Below, one piece after another: positions 1 to 7,831 of a stretch of 64,000 nt of DNA. The DNA is from Myxococcales bacterium (GTDB taxonomy: Bacteria; Myxococcota_A; Bradymonadia; UBA7976; UBA1532), in the NCBI GenBank assembly GCA_020633435.1, contig JACKDP010000001.1, positions 1,353,001 to 1,417,000 on the forward strand, given 5' to 3'. Every line of letters starts with the position of its first letter. Positions within the stretch are counted from its first letter, which is position 1. The notes beneath the pieces were generated by a model that was not told the DNA's origin, did no database searches, and was given only the letters and a program-made list of their open reading frames with translations. Made by a program: the position numbers and the translations under genes.

Positions 1-2
1 GC

Positions 3-101
3 GGCTTCGACCGCAGCGTCACCCCGGTCTTCCTCGGGCTCGAGGCCCTCGGGGCCGTGCTGGCCGCCGTCGCCTGGTGGCGGCTGGGGCGCGCGGCCCG
101 G
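3..101 (+). CDS. C-terminal end of an upstream membrane protein (partial; starts outside the window)
   Basis: Frame 3 from the window start reads a hydrophobic TM-like tail ...VFLGLEALGAVLAAVAWWRLGRAAR and stops at TAG 99-101. No start codon lies inside the window. Confidence 0.25.
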
Positions 102-162
102 TAGCGGCGCGGGGCGCGGCTTGCTACGGTGAGCCCACCCAGCCGATCCCGAGAAAAGCGCC

Positions 163-996
163 ATGTTCTCGACCCTTCCGGCCCGTCCGCGGGTGGTCCG
201 CCTCGCCCCGCTGCTGCTCCTGGGCTGCGGCGCCCAGCCGCCGGCCGCCTCGGCGCCCACCCCCATCGTCGAGGCGCCCGCCGAGGTCCCGCCCGCCGCG
301 CCGGCCGTGGCCGGTGCCCGGCTGGAGTCGGGCGAGCTCGACTGCGCGCTGACGGCGACGGACGGGCGGCTCACCGCGACCTGCGCCGAGGCCGGGCTCA
401 CCTGCGCCGAGGTCGCGCGGGCCGAGCTGGCCGCCCCGGCAGGCCCCGAGGTGGTCTGGCGCTGCGACGCCGACGAGAGCCCACGCGCGCTCGTCGTGGC
501 CCAGGCCAGCGCCATCCTCTGGGTCGCCGACGTCAGCGGGCAGCTCGGCCCTGGAGGCGCGGACTGCGATCTGCCGCCCGCCATCACCGTCGCGGTGGTC
601 GACGTCGTGCCCGACGCGCCCCAGGAGCTCTACATCCGCCAGACCGGCTGCACCTCGCCGGCCCAGCTCGGCGACGCGGAGGGCGTCTGGCGGTTCGTCG
701 ACGGCCAGGCCACCCCGGTCGCGACGGCGCGCATGGCCTGCGAGTGGGTGGGCGACACGGCCGACCCCGACGCCGAGCCGCCGCCGGAGGACGCCGCCTA
801 CAACTGCGTAGGCGGCTACCTGGCGGTGGAGGCGGCGGGCGGCGCGTGGTCCGTCCAGCAGCTCGAGCCGACGCTCGACGGCTACATCAGCGACGTCCGC
901 GACGCGCAGGGCCGGCTGGGCGGGGGCCACGAGGTGGCCCGGACGCCGCTGCGCTGGGACGCCGCCAGCGCCCGGTTCGTGCCCGCGAGCCCCTGA
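163..996 (+). CDS. hypothetical secreted lipoprotein
   Basis: N-terminus MFSTLPARPRVVRLAPLLLLGCGAQP has a lipobox (LLGC). The composition is non-degenerate, unlike the Arg-rich overlapping frame 129..1085. Confidence 0.5.
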   Translation: MFSTLPARPRVVRLAPLLLLGCGAQPPAASAPTPIVEAPAEVPPAAPAVAGARLESGELDCALTATDGRLTATCAEAGLTCAEVARAELAAPAGPEVVWRCDADESPRALVVAQASAILWVADVSGQLGPGGADCDLPPAITVAVVDVVPDAPQELYIRQTGCTSPAQLGDAEGVWRFVDGQATPVATARMACEWVGDTADPDAEPPPEDAAYNCVGGYLAVEAAGGAWSVQQLEPTLDGYISDVRDAQGRLGGGHEVARTPLRWDAASARFVPASP

Positions 997-1081
997 TCCG
1001 CGGCGCGGCGCGGCGATCGCGTTTGCCACGGTCCGGGCCGTCCGCGTATGAAGCGCCCGCGGAAACCACGACCCGGAGCTT

Positions 1082-2896
1082 GTGATGCGCGCGCTTGTGA
1101 TGACCCTCTGCGCCCTGTCTCTCACCTTGACGGCCTGTGACGACGCAGGCGACGCCCAGCAGGACGACGCCGGCGTGCGCGATGGCGGGGCCGGCGGCCA
1201 GGGCGGCGCGGGCGGCCAGGGCGGCGCGGGCGGCCAGGGCGGCGCCGGTGGCCAGGGTGGTGCCGGCGGTCAGGGTGGCGCCGGTGGCCAGGGCGGTGCC
1301 GGCGGTCAGGGCGGCGCCGGTGGCCAGGGTGGCGCCGGCGGCCAGGGTGGCGCTGGCGGTCAGGGCGGCGCCGGCGGCCAGGGTGGTGCCGGCGGTCAGG
1401 GTGGTGCCGGCGGTGCCGGCGGTGCCGGCGGTGCCGGCGGCATGATGGGCGAGGGCGAGAGCACCAACGCCCAGTGCAGCGACGGCGTCGACAACGACGG
1501 CAACGGCTTCATCGACTGCGACGACCGCGGCTGCACCCGCAACCCCGCGGTGGACGTCTGCGGCCCCGGCGAGAACACCGACGCCCTCTGCAGCGACGGC
1601 ATCGACAACAACGGCAACGGCTTCACCGACTGCGACGACTTCGACTGCTCGCGCAACCCGGCCGTGTCCGTCTGTGGGGCGGCCCCGCAGAACGAGGACA
1701 CGGACGACCTCTGCAGCGACGGCATCGACAACGACGGCAACGGCTTCGCCGACTGCCGCGACTTCTCCTGCTCCCGCAACCCCGCCATCACCGTCTGCGG
1801 CACCGAGGACAACGACGACCTCTGCAGCGACGGCATCGACAACAACGGCAACGGCTTCATCGACTGCGACGACTTCGGCTGCTCCCGCAACCCTGCGGTG
1901 TCGGTCTGCGGCGGCGGGTCGCCCGAGGACACCGACGCCCTGTGCAGCGACGGCATCGACAACGACGGCGACAGCTTCATCGACTGCCAGGACTTCGACT
2001 GCAGCCGCAACCCGGCCGTGAGCGTGTGCGCGCCCGCCCCCGAGGGCGAGAACACCGACGCGCTCTGCAGCGACGGCGTCGACAACGACGGCGACGGCTT
2101 CACCGACTGTGACGACTTCGGCTGCACCCGGACGCCCGGCGTCACGATCTGCGATGGCGAGATCATCATCGACGGCGAGAGCACGGACGCCGAGTGCGGC
2201 GATGGCATCGACAACGACGGCGATGGCTTCATCGACTGCGATGACTTCGGCTGCTCCCGCAACCCCGACGTCATGGTCTGCAACGTCGGCCCCCAGCCCA
2301 ACCCCGAGGGCACCGACGCCCTGTGCAGCGACGGCGTCGACAACGACGGCGACGGCTTCATCGACTGCGAGGACTTCGACTGCACGCGCAACGCCGCGGT
2401 GAGCGTCTGCCGCATGGAGCCCGTGCCCGACGCCGAGAGCACCGACGCCCTGTGCAGCGATGGCATCGACAACGACGGCGATGGCTTCATCGACTGTGAT
2501 GACTTCGGCTGCTCCCGCACGCCCGAGGTGAGCGTCTGCCCGCGCGAGGACACCAACGCCCTGTGCAGCGACGGCATCGACAACGACGAGAACGGCTTCA
2601 TCGACTGCGACGACTTCGGCTGCGCCCGCAACCCCGCCGTGGGCGTCTGCGCCCCGGCCGCCGTGGACTGCCAGGCCTGCGTCGACGCCGCCGTCGACGC
2701 CGGCGGCGCCTGCCGCGAGAGCTTCGCCACCTGCGCCGGCGAGCGCGCGTGCCAGGGCCTGTTGCAGTGCCTCGCGCATTGCGAAGAGCAGGCCTGCGTC
2801 GACCGCTGCGCGGTCCAGTTCGAGGGCGGCGTCCCCGGCTACCTCGCCATCGAAGAGTGCCTGACCGTCGTCTGCGCGGACGCCTGCGCGCAGTAG
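1082..2896 (+). CDS. secreted Cys/Asp-rich tandem-repeat lipoprotein (putative metal/Ca-binding repeat protein)
   Basis: Lipoprotein signal MMRALVMTLCALSLTLTAC. Then ~16 x GGAGGQ, then 13 copies of a ~40-aa unit C-S-D-G-[IV]-D-N-D-G-[ND]-G-F-x-D-C-x-D-F-x-C-[ST]-R-N-P-A-V-x-V-C, then a Cys-rich C-terminal domain. Confidence 0.75.
   Translation: MMRALVMTLCALSLTLTACDDAGDAQQDDAGVRDGGAGGQGGAGGQGGAGGQGGAGGQGGAGGQGGAGGQGGAGGQGGAGGQGGAGGQGGAGGQGGAGGQGGAGGQGGAGGAGGAGGAGGMMGEGESTNAQCSDGVDNDGNGFIDCDDRGCTRNPAVDVCGPGENTDALCSDGIDNNGNGFTDCDDFDCSRNPAVSVCGAAPQNEDTDDLCSDGIDNDGNGFADCRDFSCSRNPAITVCGTEDNDDLCSDGIDNNGNGFIDCDDFGCSRNPAVSVCGGGSPEDTDALCSDGIDNDGDSFIDCQDFDCSRNPAVSVCAPAPEGENTDALCSDGVDNDGDGFTDCDDFGCTRTPGVTICDGEIIIDGESTDAECGDGIDNDGDGFIDCDDFGCSRNPDVMVCNVGPQPNPEGTDALCSDGVDNDGDGFIDCEDFDCTRNAAVSVCRMEPVPDAESTDALCSDGIDNDGDGFIDCDDFGCSRTPEVSVCPREDTNALCSDGIDNDENGFIDCDDFGCARNPAVGVCAPAAVDCQACVDAAVDAGGACRESFATCAGERACQGLLQCLAHCEEQACVDRCAVQFEGGVPGYLAIEECLTVVCADACAQ
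1190..1430. repeat. 18-bp tandem coding repeat (GGAGGQ)n, ~14 units
   Basis: The unit ggccagggcggcgccggt (and close variants) repeats head-to-tail inside the 1082..2896 CDS. Confidence 0.8.
1440..2640. repeat. ~120-bp tandem coding repeats (13 Cys/Asp-rich units)
   Basis: The repeated peptide CSDGIDNDGNGFIDCDDFGCSRNPAVSVC is visible 13 times in the translation. Confidence 0.8.
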
Positions 2897-2989
2897 CCTC
2901 CGCCCGGTTTCCCGAGTCCTCTCCTGGGCTTGCGAGCACGCGAACCGGCGCCCCTTCCCCACCCGGCGGCCCCATGCCAGGGTGGCCGC

Positions 2990-3850
2990 ATGCACGACAC
3001 CCTGCGCGTCACGGCCAACGGCCTCGAGTTCGGCCTCCTCGCCCAGGGCGAGGGCCCCCTCGTCCTCCTGCTGCACGGCTTCCCCGACCGACCGGAGAGC
3101 TGGCTGCCCGTCATGGCCGGGCTGGCCGAGGCTGGCTTCCGCGCCGTCGCGCCCGCCCTGCGCGGCTATCGCCCAACGGCCATCCCCGCGGACGGCGACT
3201 ACCGCGTGGCCACCCTCGGCCGCGACGTCCTCGCCCTCATCAGCGCCCTGGGCGCCGAGACCGCCGTCGTCGTCGGCCACGACTGGGGCGCCTCGGCCGC
3301 CTACGCCGCCGCCAACCTCGGCCCCGGCCAGGTCCGCGCCCTCTGCACCCTCGCCATCCCCCACCCGCGCATCATCAAGCCGAGCCTCGACCTCGCCCGC
3401 CGCGCCCCCCACTTCGCGCTCTTCCAGCTCGGCCCCATCGGCCGCTGGTGGGCCCGCCGCGCCGACCTCGCCTACATCGCCCACCTCTACCGGACGTGGT
3501 CCCCCACCTGGCCCGACCCCACCCCCGCCATCGAAGCCGTCCAGGCCGACCTCCGCGAGCCCGGCCGCCTCGAAGCGGCCCTCGCCTACTACGCCCAGCT
3601 CTCGTCCAGCCTGAAGAAGACCCCCGAGAACCGCCTGCTGCGCGCCCCTACCGCCCAGCCCGCCCTCCTCTTCGTCGGCGACGACGACGGCGCCCTCCGG
3701 TTCGAGAAGGACTTCGCCGGCATCGAAGCCTGCTTCACGGGCCCCATGCAGCTCGTCCGCGTGCCCCACGCCGGCCACTTCATCCCCGCCGAGCAACCCC
3801 AGGCCGTCCTCGACGCCCTCCTCCCCTTCCTCCGCCACCTCCCCACCTGA
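2990..3850 (+). CDS. alpha/beta-fold hydrolase (epoxide-hydrolase / haloalkane-dehalogenase-like)
   Basis: LLLHGFPDRPESW, then VVGHDWGA (nucleophile elbow G-H-D-W-G), and a C-terminal His region (HAGHFIPAEQP). Start placed at ATG 2990 (MHDTLRVTANG). Confidence 0.8.
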   Translation: MHDTLRVTANGLEFGLLAQGEGPLVLLLHGFPDRPESWLPVMAGLAEAGFRAVAPALRGYRPTAIPADGDYRVATLGRDVLALISALGAETAVVVGHDWGASAAYAAANLGPGQVRALCTLAIPHPRIIKPSLDLARRAPHFALFQLGPIGRWWARRADLAYIAHLYRTWSPTWPDPTPAIEAVQADLREPGRLEAALAYYAQLSSSLKKTPENRLLRAPTAQPALLFVGDDDGALRFEKDFAGIEACFTGPMQLVRVPHAGHFIPAEQPQAVLDALLPFLRHLPT

Positions 3851-3863
3851 CCGCCGGCCCTCG

Positions 3864-3996
3864 CGGGCCTCCAGGGCCTACCGGGTACGCCGGCGCCACG
3901 GTGGAATCTTGCGGCAAGGCTGAACCCGGGCCTCCCGGGCCTCCAGGGTCTACCGGGTACACCGACGATACGCTGGAATCTTGCGGCAGGGCTGAA
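3864..3996. repeat. two tandem copies of a ~72-bp imperfect direct repeat (REP-like) adjacent to the Y1 transposase-like gene
   Basis: cgggcctccagggcctaccgggtacgccggcgccacggtggaatcttgcggcaaggctgaa versus cgggcctccagggtctaccgggtacaccgacgatacgctggaatcttgcggcagggctgaa; about 47/54 identity in the core. Confidence 0.6.
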
Positions 3997-4185
3997 GTCG
4001 GAGGGCTCGTGGCGTGCTGCATGGGAGTGTTTCGGGGCGGCTCGGGGCTCAAGAGCGCTGCCACCCGAGGCTTCCTGGCCGCCTCGGCCGCCCCGCCCCC
4101 GCCGGCACCCCAGCACCGGACGCACCTCACCCATGACCCGAACCCGGCCCACCGCGGCAACGACTTCAAGGACGCCGGCGCGCCG

Positions 4186-5121
4186 TCAGGCCGCGCCGGC
4201 CCGCGGTCGCCTTGGTCGGGCAAACGCCGGCGGCAGCGTGTTCGGCGGCCACGGGATCAGCACCTGCGACGGATCGGCCTGCCAGGCGTAGTAGCGCCGC
4301 GTCGAGACCGTGTAGGCCGCCCGCAGCGCGTCGTGCGCCTCCCGCCACTCCTCGTGGTGCTCGGCCGGCCCGTGCACCACCGGCGCCGGGCTCCGATGTC
4401 GCTCCTTCGGCCGCGTCATCGGATCGATGCGCCGCAGCGCCGCCGGGTCGGGAATCCGGACGCCCGCCTTCTTGCGCTTCGGCCGGGCTTCCGCCGCCAG
4501 GCCGTCGGCGAGCGTCCACATCAGCGCCCGGTGGTCCTTCTCCGACAGCGCCTCCAGCCCCGGCAGCCGGTCGATGCGCACGCGCACCTGCAGCGGCGCC
4601 TGGCCCGCGTACTGGAACACCCCCTCCACCGGCTTGCCAAACAGCAGCGACGGCGTCGAGCTGGCGAAGATGTCGTCCGCCGGGTGGCGCACCAGCATCT
4701 GGGCCGTGGCCTGACCCATGATGTACCGCAGCCGCTGCAGCGCGTACTCCAGGGTCGTGACCTGGATGCAGTGGTTCTGCTCCAGCAGGCTCCCCGTCCG
4801 CCCCAGCAACTTGTTGATCCGCTTGGAGATCTCCCGCAGCGTCCACTCCAGGAACGCGCTCTTGTGGGCCAGCGTAGGCGCCCCGATCAGCAGGTGCAGG
4901 TGGTTCGACAGGAAGTGGAAGCCATAGACGTCGATCAGCGGAAAGAGCTGCTGAGCGCGCCCCAGCACACCTTGCAGGATCGCGACGCACGCTTCGGTGG
5001 GGATGAACGCGAAGCGGTCGTCGACGACCTTGCTCGTGACCTCGTAGATCGTCGTGAGCGCGCCGAGCCGCGCCGTCGTCACGGCGTGCCGGGGGAGCTG
5101 GATTCTGAGCTTGTCGGCCAT
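4186..5121 (-). CDS. Y1 (HUH) tyrosine transposase-like protein, IS200/IS605-TnpA / REP-associated (RAYT)-like
   Basis: HUH motif N-H-L-H-L-L-I (YGFHFLSNHLHLLIGAP) and a downstream catalytic-Tyr motif RYIMGQ (compare YIxNQ). Lower local GC. Flanked on its 3' side by tandem 72-bp repeats. Confidence 0.5.
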   Translation of the reverse strand: MADKLRIQLPRHAVTTARLGALTTIYEVTSKVVDDRFAFIPTEACVAILQGVLGRAQQLFPLIDVYGFHFLSNHLHLLIGAPTLAHKSAFLEWTLREISKRINKLLGRTGSLLEQNHCIQVTTLEYALQRLRYIMGQATAQMLVRHPADDIFASSTPSLLFGKPVEGVFQYAGQAPLQVRVRIDRLPGLEALSEKDHRALMWTLADGLAAEARPKRKKAGVRIPDPAALRRIDPMTRPKERHRSPAPVVHGPAEHHEEWREAHDALRAAYTVSTRRYYAWQADPSQVLIPWPPNTLPPAFARPRRPRAGAA

Positions 5122-5225
5122 GGAAGCGAGCCTCCGTCGTGGTTGCTCTCTTCCTTTCGGTCAGTCGCGGCGCGTGTCGCAGGATTTCTCGAGAAAAGTG
5201 ACGCCCGGGCGGCCGCCGACGGCAA

Positions 5226-5933
5226 TCACGGGTCCTCGCGCAGCGCGGGCTCCCCCTCTGGCTCTGCCGCCACCGGCTTCGGGTCGTCCGGTATGCCCAG
5301 CTCGGTGAAGAGCATCGCCCCCGCGACCTGGAACACGAAGAGCGTCGCCACCGCCGCCGTGCCCGCCGTTTGCTTGTCGTCCTCCAGCGCGAAGAGCAGG
5401 CCCGTGGCCGCCCCGCCCCCGACGATGGTGCCGACGCCGCTGCCCAGGAACGCCCACCCCGGGTGCACCGGCTTCTCGAACAGCCGCGCCGCGCCCCAGA
5501 CGCCCATGCTGCTGCCCGCGTAGGCCCCGCCCAGCACGCCGAACGCCCGGCCCGACACGCCGCCGAGCGGATCGGCCGGATCCCCCGCGTCGATGGCCTC
5601 GCCGATGCTGCCGCCCACCAGCCCCACGACGCCCGCGCCGAACGCGCCGGCCGCCGCCTCCGACAGGTAGGCCACCACCGGGTACTTGCGGTACAGCGGG
5701 CGCGCCTCGTCGAACTTCCGCCGACCGCGCTCGATCTCCTCCAGGAAGCCCTCGGCCGCCCGGATGTCACTCCGCAAGAGGTCCTTGTCGACGGGGAGCT
5801 CGGGGGCAGGCGCCTCGGTCACCGGCGCCGCCGCGGGCCGCGGGGCGAGGTCGTCATCGAGCTTCAGGCCGTCCTCCTGGGCGACGGCGACGCCCGCCAC
5901 GAGCAGCCCCAGACCCCAGGAAAGACGGACCAT
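5226..5933 (-). CDS. secreted Gly-zipper membrane-associated protein (hypothetical)
   Basis: Signal peptide MVRLSWGLGLLVAGVAVAQ. Gly/Ala-rich hydrophobic segments (GAFGAGVVGLVGGSIG; GSGVGTIVGGGAATGLLF). The stop of the upstream paralog lies 4 nt away, implying the same operon. Confidence 0.5.
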   Translation of the reverse strand: MVRLSWGLGLLVAGVAVAQEDGLKLDDDLAPRPAAAPVTEAPAPELPVDKDLLRSDIRAAEGFLEEIERGRRKFDEARPLYRKYPVVAYLSEAAAGAFGAGVVGLVGGSIGEAIDAGDPADPLGGVSGRAFGVLGGAYAGSSMGVWGAARLFEKPVHPGWAFLGSGVGTIVGGGAATGLLFALEDDKQTAGTAAVATLFVFQVAGAMLFTELGIPDDPKPVAAEPEGEPALREDP

Positions 5934-5936
5934 GGC

Positions 5937-7826
5937 TCACCCCCCGCAGGGCTGGATCAGGCAGGCGGCCGGCGGCAACGCGGGGGGCGGCACGCGCTCC
6001 TCGCAGCTCGCCGCGACGGCCAGATCCGGCGCCCACGTCCAGTCATTGAACTGCAGCTCGCCCATGTGGCGGGCGAGGCCGCAGAGGTTGTAGCTGACGA
6101 CCTCGGCCCGGCGGACCAGGCGCGTGGTCTGGCGGTAGAAGATGCCGTACTTCCCGCGCGGGATGTAGCCGGTGTAGCTCTGGACGGTCTGGTCGCTGCG
6201 CGAGTCCACCAGCGTCAGGCTCTCGGCGATCTCCTCACCCTCGCTGATGACCTCGCTGTCGGAGACCCCCTCCGACACGTTCCACGTCCGCGTGTTGTCG
6301 AGCGTCTGGCCCTCGCTCACCGAGCGGTTGCGACCCTGGGACAGCGCGTAGGCGCCGCCGATGCTGCGGCTGCGCTCCTCCGTCACCGCGCTGCCGAAGC
6401 TGCGGCTCTCGGACCGGCTCCCGCCCATGCTGAAGCCGCGATCCGTCGACTCCGAGCGGCTCGCGCCGTTGCTCCAGCCCACCGCGCCCCCGGCGCGGAC
6501 GCCCACGGTCGTCGAGGCCGAGCCCGTCACCTTCGCGAACCCGGGGATGGACCCCTCCGCCGAGCCCGAGACGGTCACCGCCCCGCTCACGTCGCCGTAG
6601 ATGCGGTTCGCGCGCTCGTTGTACTCGGTGTTGGACTCGCCCTGGCTCATGTTCCACTCCCAGGTCTCCCCGTCGGTGGTGTTGAAGCCGACCCGGTTCG
6701 ACTCGCTCTCGGCGTAGTCGATGTTGTAGGCCTCGGCGACCTCCTCCTCCTCGCGCTCGCTCTCCGTGAAGCTGCGGCTGCGGCTCTCGCCCTGCGCGAT
6801 GCCCTCCTGCCACGACTGGTTCATGGTCAGGCCCTCGCTCCGGCTCCAGTTCTGGCTGACCGTCACGCTCACCTGGCGCTGGCGCGTCTCGGTCCGCGAC
6901 TCGGCGTACGAGACCTGGCTGTCGAACGACCCCGGGATGCAACCCGACACGGGCACCGGCTCGTAGCGCTCCGCCACCTCCTGCTTCCCGTTGAACCGCA
7001 CCTCGATGGGCCGGTGCACCGAGATGGGCATCGCCGTCTCGACGCTGTGGCCCTCGCTGTCGTAGGCCAGCACCCGGATGCCCGTGACGTAGAACTGCTC
7101 CTCCGCCGGCACCTCGTTGAAGACCACGATCTCGGCCTCGCCCAGGGCGTCGTTGGGCACCACCCGGTCGAACACATGCTCGAACCGCGTCGCGCCGCCC
7201 ACGCCGTTGACGTTGCTCAGCTCGTACTCGAACCGCTCGGCCTTGATGCCGACCGGCCGCACCTGCAGGTAGTACGGGATGCCCGCCATCACGCGCAGCG
7301 CCGGCGCCCCGCACGCCACGGGCTCCACCGTGTCGTCGGGGTTGAGGATGAGCGGCGCGAAGACCTCGACGATGACCGACGGCCCCACGCCCAGGCGCTG
7401 CGTCCGCGGCCGGGCGTCGCGGGTCACGACCCCGTCCAGATCCTCCATCTCGGCGATGATCTGCCCCTCGAACACCCCCGGCCGATCGGACCGCGACAGC
7501 GGGTTGTTGAACGGCCCGAACCGGTTGATGCGCACGGCGTCGTACGTCTCGCCGCCCACGTCGATGGTGCCATCCGGCAGCGCGCCGAACGTCAGGTTCA
7601 CGTCCTCCGCCCGCCCGTCATCCGTCGTGAAGGTGCCGCGGAACGTGACCCGCACGGCCTTCAGCTCCTCCGCGCTCAGGCCCTGGCCATAGAGGCCCAG
7701 CGTCTCGCCGACGACCACCTCGCTCGCCGACAGCCCCAGGACCCGCGGCCCCGTCTCCGGGGTGGCCGGATCGGCGCAGGCCGCCGCACCACCCAGAATC
7801 GCCAAAGAGATCAGCAGCTTGCGCAT
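5937..7826 (-). CDS. lipoprotein, paralog A (N-terminal Ig/IPT-like region plus a Ser/Glu-rich beta-rich C-terminal half); function unknown
   Basis: Start at MRKLLISLAILGGAAAC (lipobox). Similarity to the next gene is clear along the whole length, including the C-terminal RFVRRAEV.SY.LCGLA.H.GELQFN.WTWA..LAV...C...PCGG. Confidence 0.65.
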   Translation of the reverse strand: MRKLLISLAILGGAAACADPATPETGPRVLGLSASEVVVGETLGLYGQGLSAEELKAVRVTFRGTFTTDDGRAEDVNLTFGALPDGTIDVGGETYDAVRINRFGPFNNPLSRSDRPGVFEGQIIAEMEDLDGVVTRDARPRTQRLGVGPSVIVEVFAPLILNPDDTVEPVACGAPALRVMAGIPYYLQVRPVGIKAERFEYELSNVNGVGGATRFEHVFDRVVPNDALGEAEIVVFNEVPAEEQFYVTGIRVLAYDSEGHSVETAMPISVHRPIEVRFNGKQEVAERYEPVPVSGCIPGSFDSQVSYAESRTETRQRQVSVTVSQNWSRSEGLTMNQSWQEGIAQGESRSRSFTESEREEEEVAEAYNIDYAESESNRVGFNTTDGETWEWNMSQGESNTEYNERANRIYGDVSGAVTVSGSAEGSIPGFAKVTGSASTTVGVRAGGAVGWSNGASRSESTDRGFSMGGSRSESRSFGSAVTEERSRSIGGAYALSQGRNRSVSEGQTLDNTRTWNVSEGVSDSEVISEGEEIAESLTLVDSRSDQTVQSYTGYIPRGKYGIFYRQTTRLVRRAEVVSYNLCGLARHMGELQFNDWTWAPDLAVAASCEERVPPPALPPAACLIQPCGG

Positions 7827-7831
7827 CGCGA

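Noticed and set aside
129-1085. 318-aa + ORF overlapping the 163..996 lipoprotein gene
   Set aside because: The composition is Arg/Gly/Pro-dominated. The alternative frame 163..996 gives a clean signal peptide with a lipobox.
887-3838. 983-aa minus-strand ORF (and similar very long ORFs 2563..5523 +, 5370..7988 +, 7961..9829 +, 28715..34159 -, 31362..38753 -, 28681..30714 -)
   Set aside because: These are Arg/Ala/Gly/Pro-rich low-complexity translations antisense to, or out of frame with, convincing genes. They are typical shadow ORFs of ~70% GC DNA and carry no motifs.
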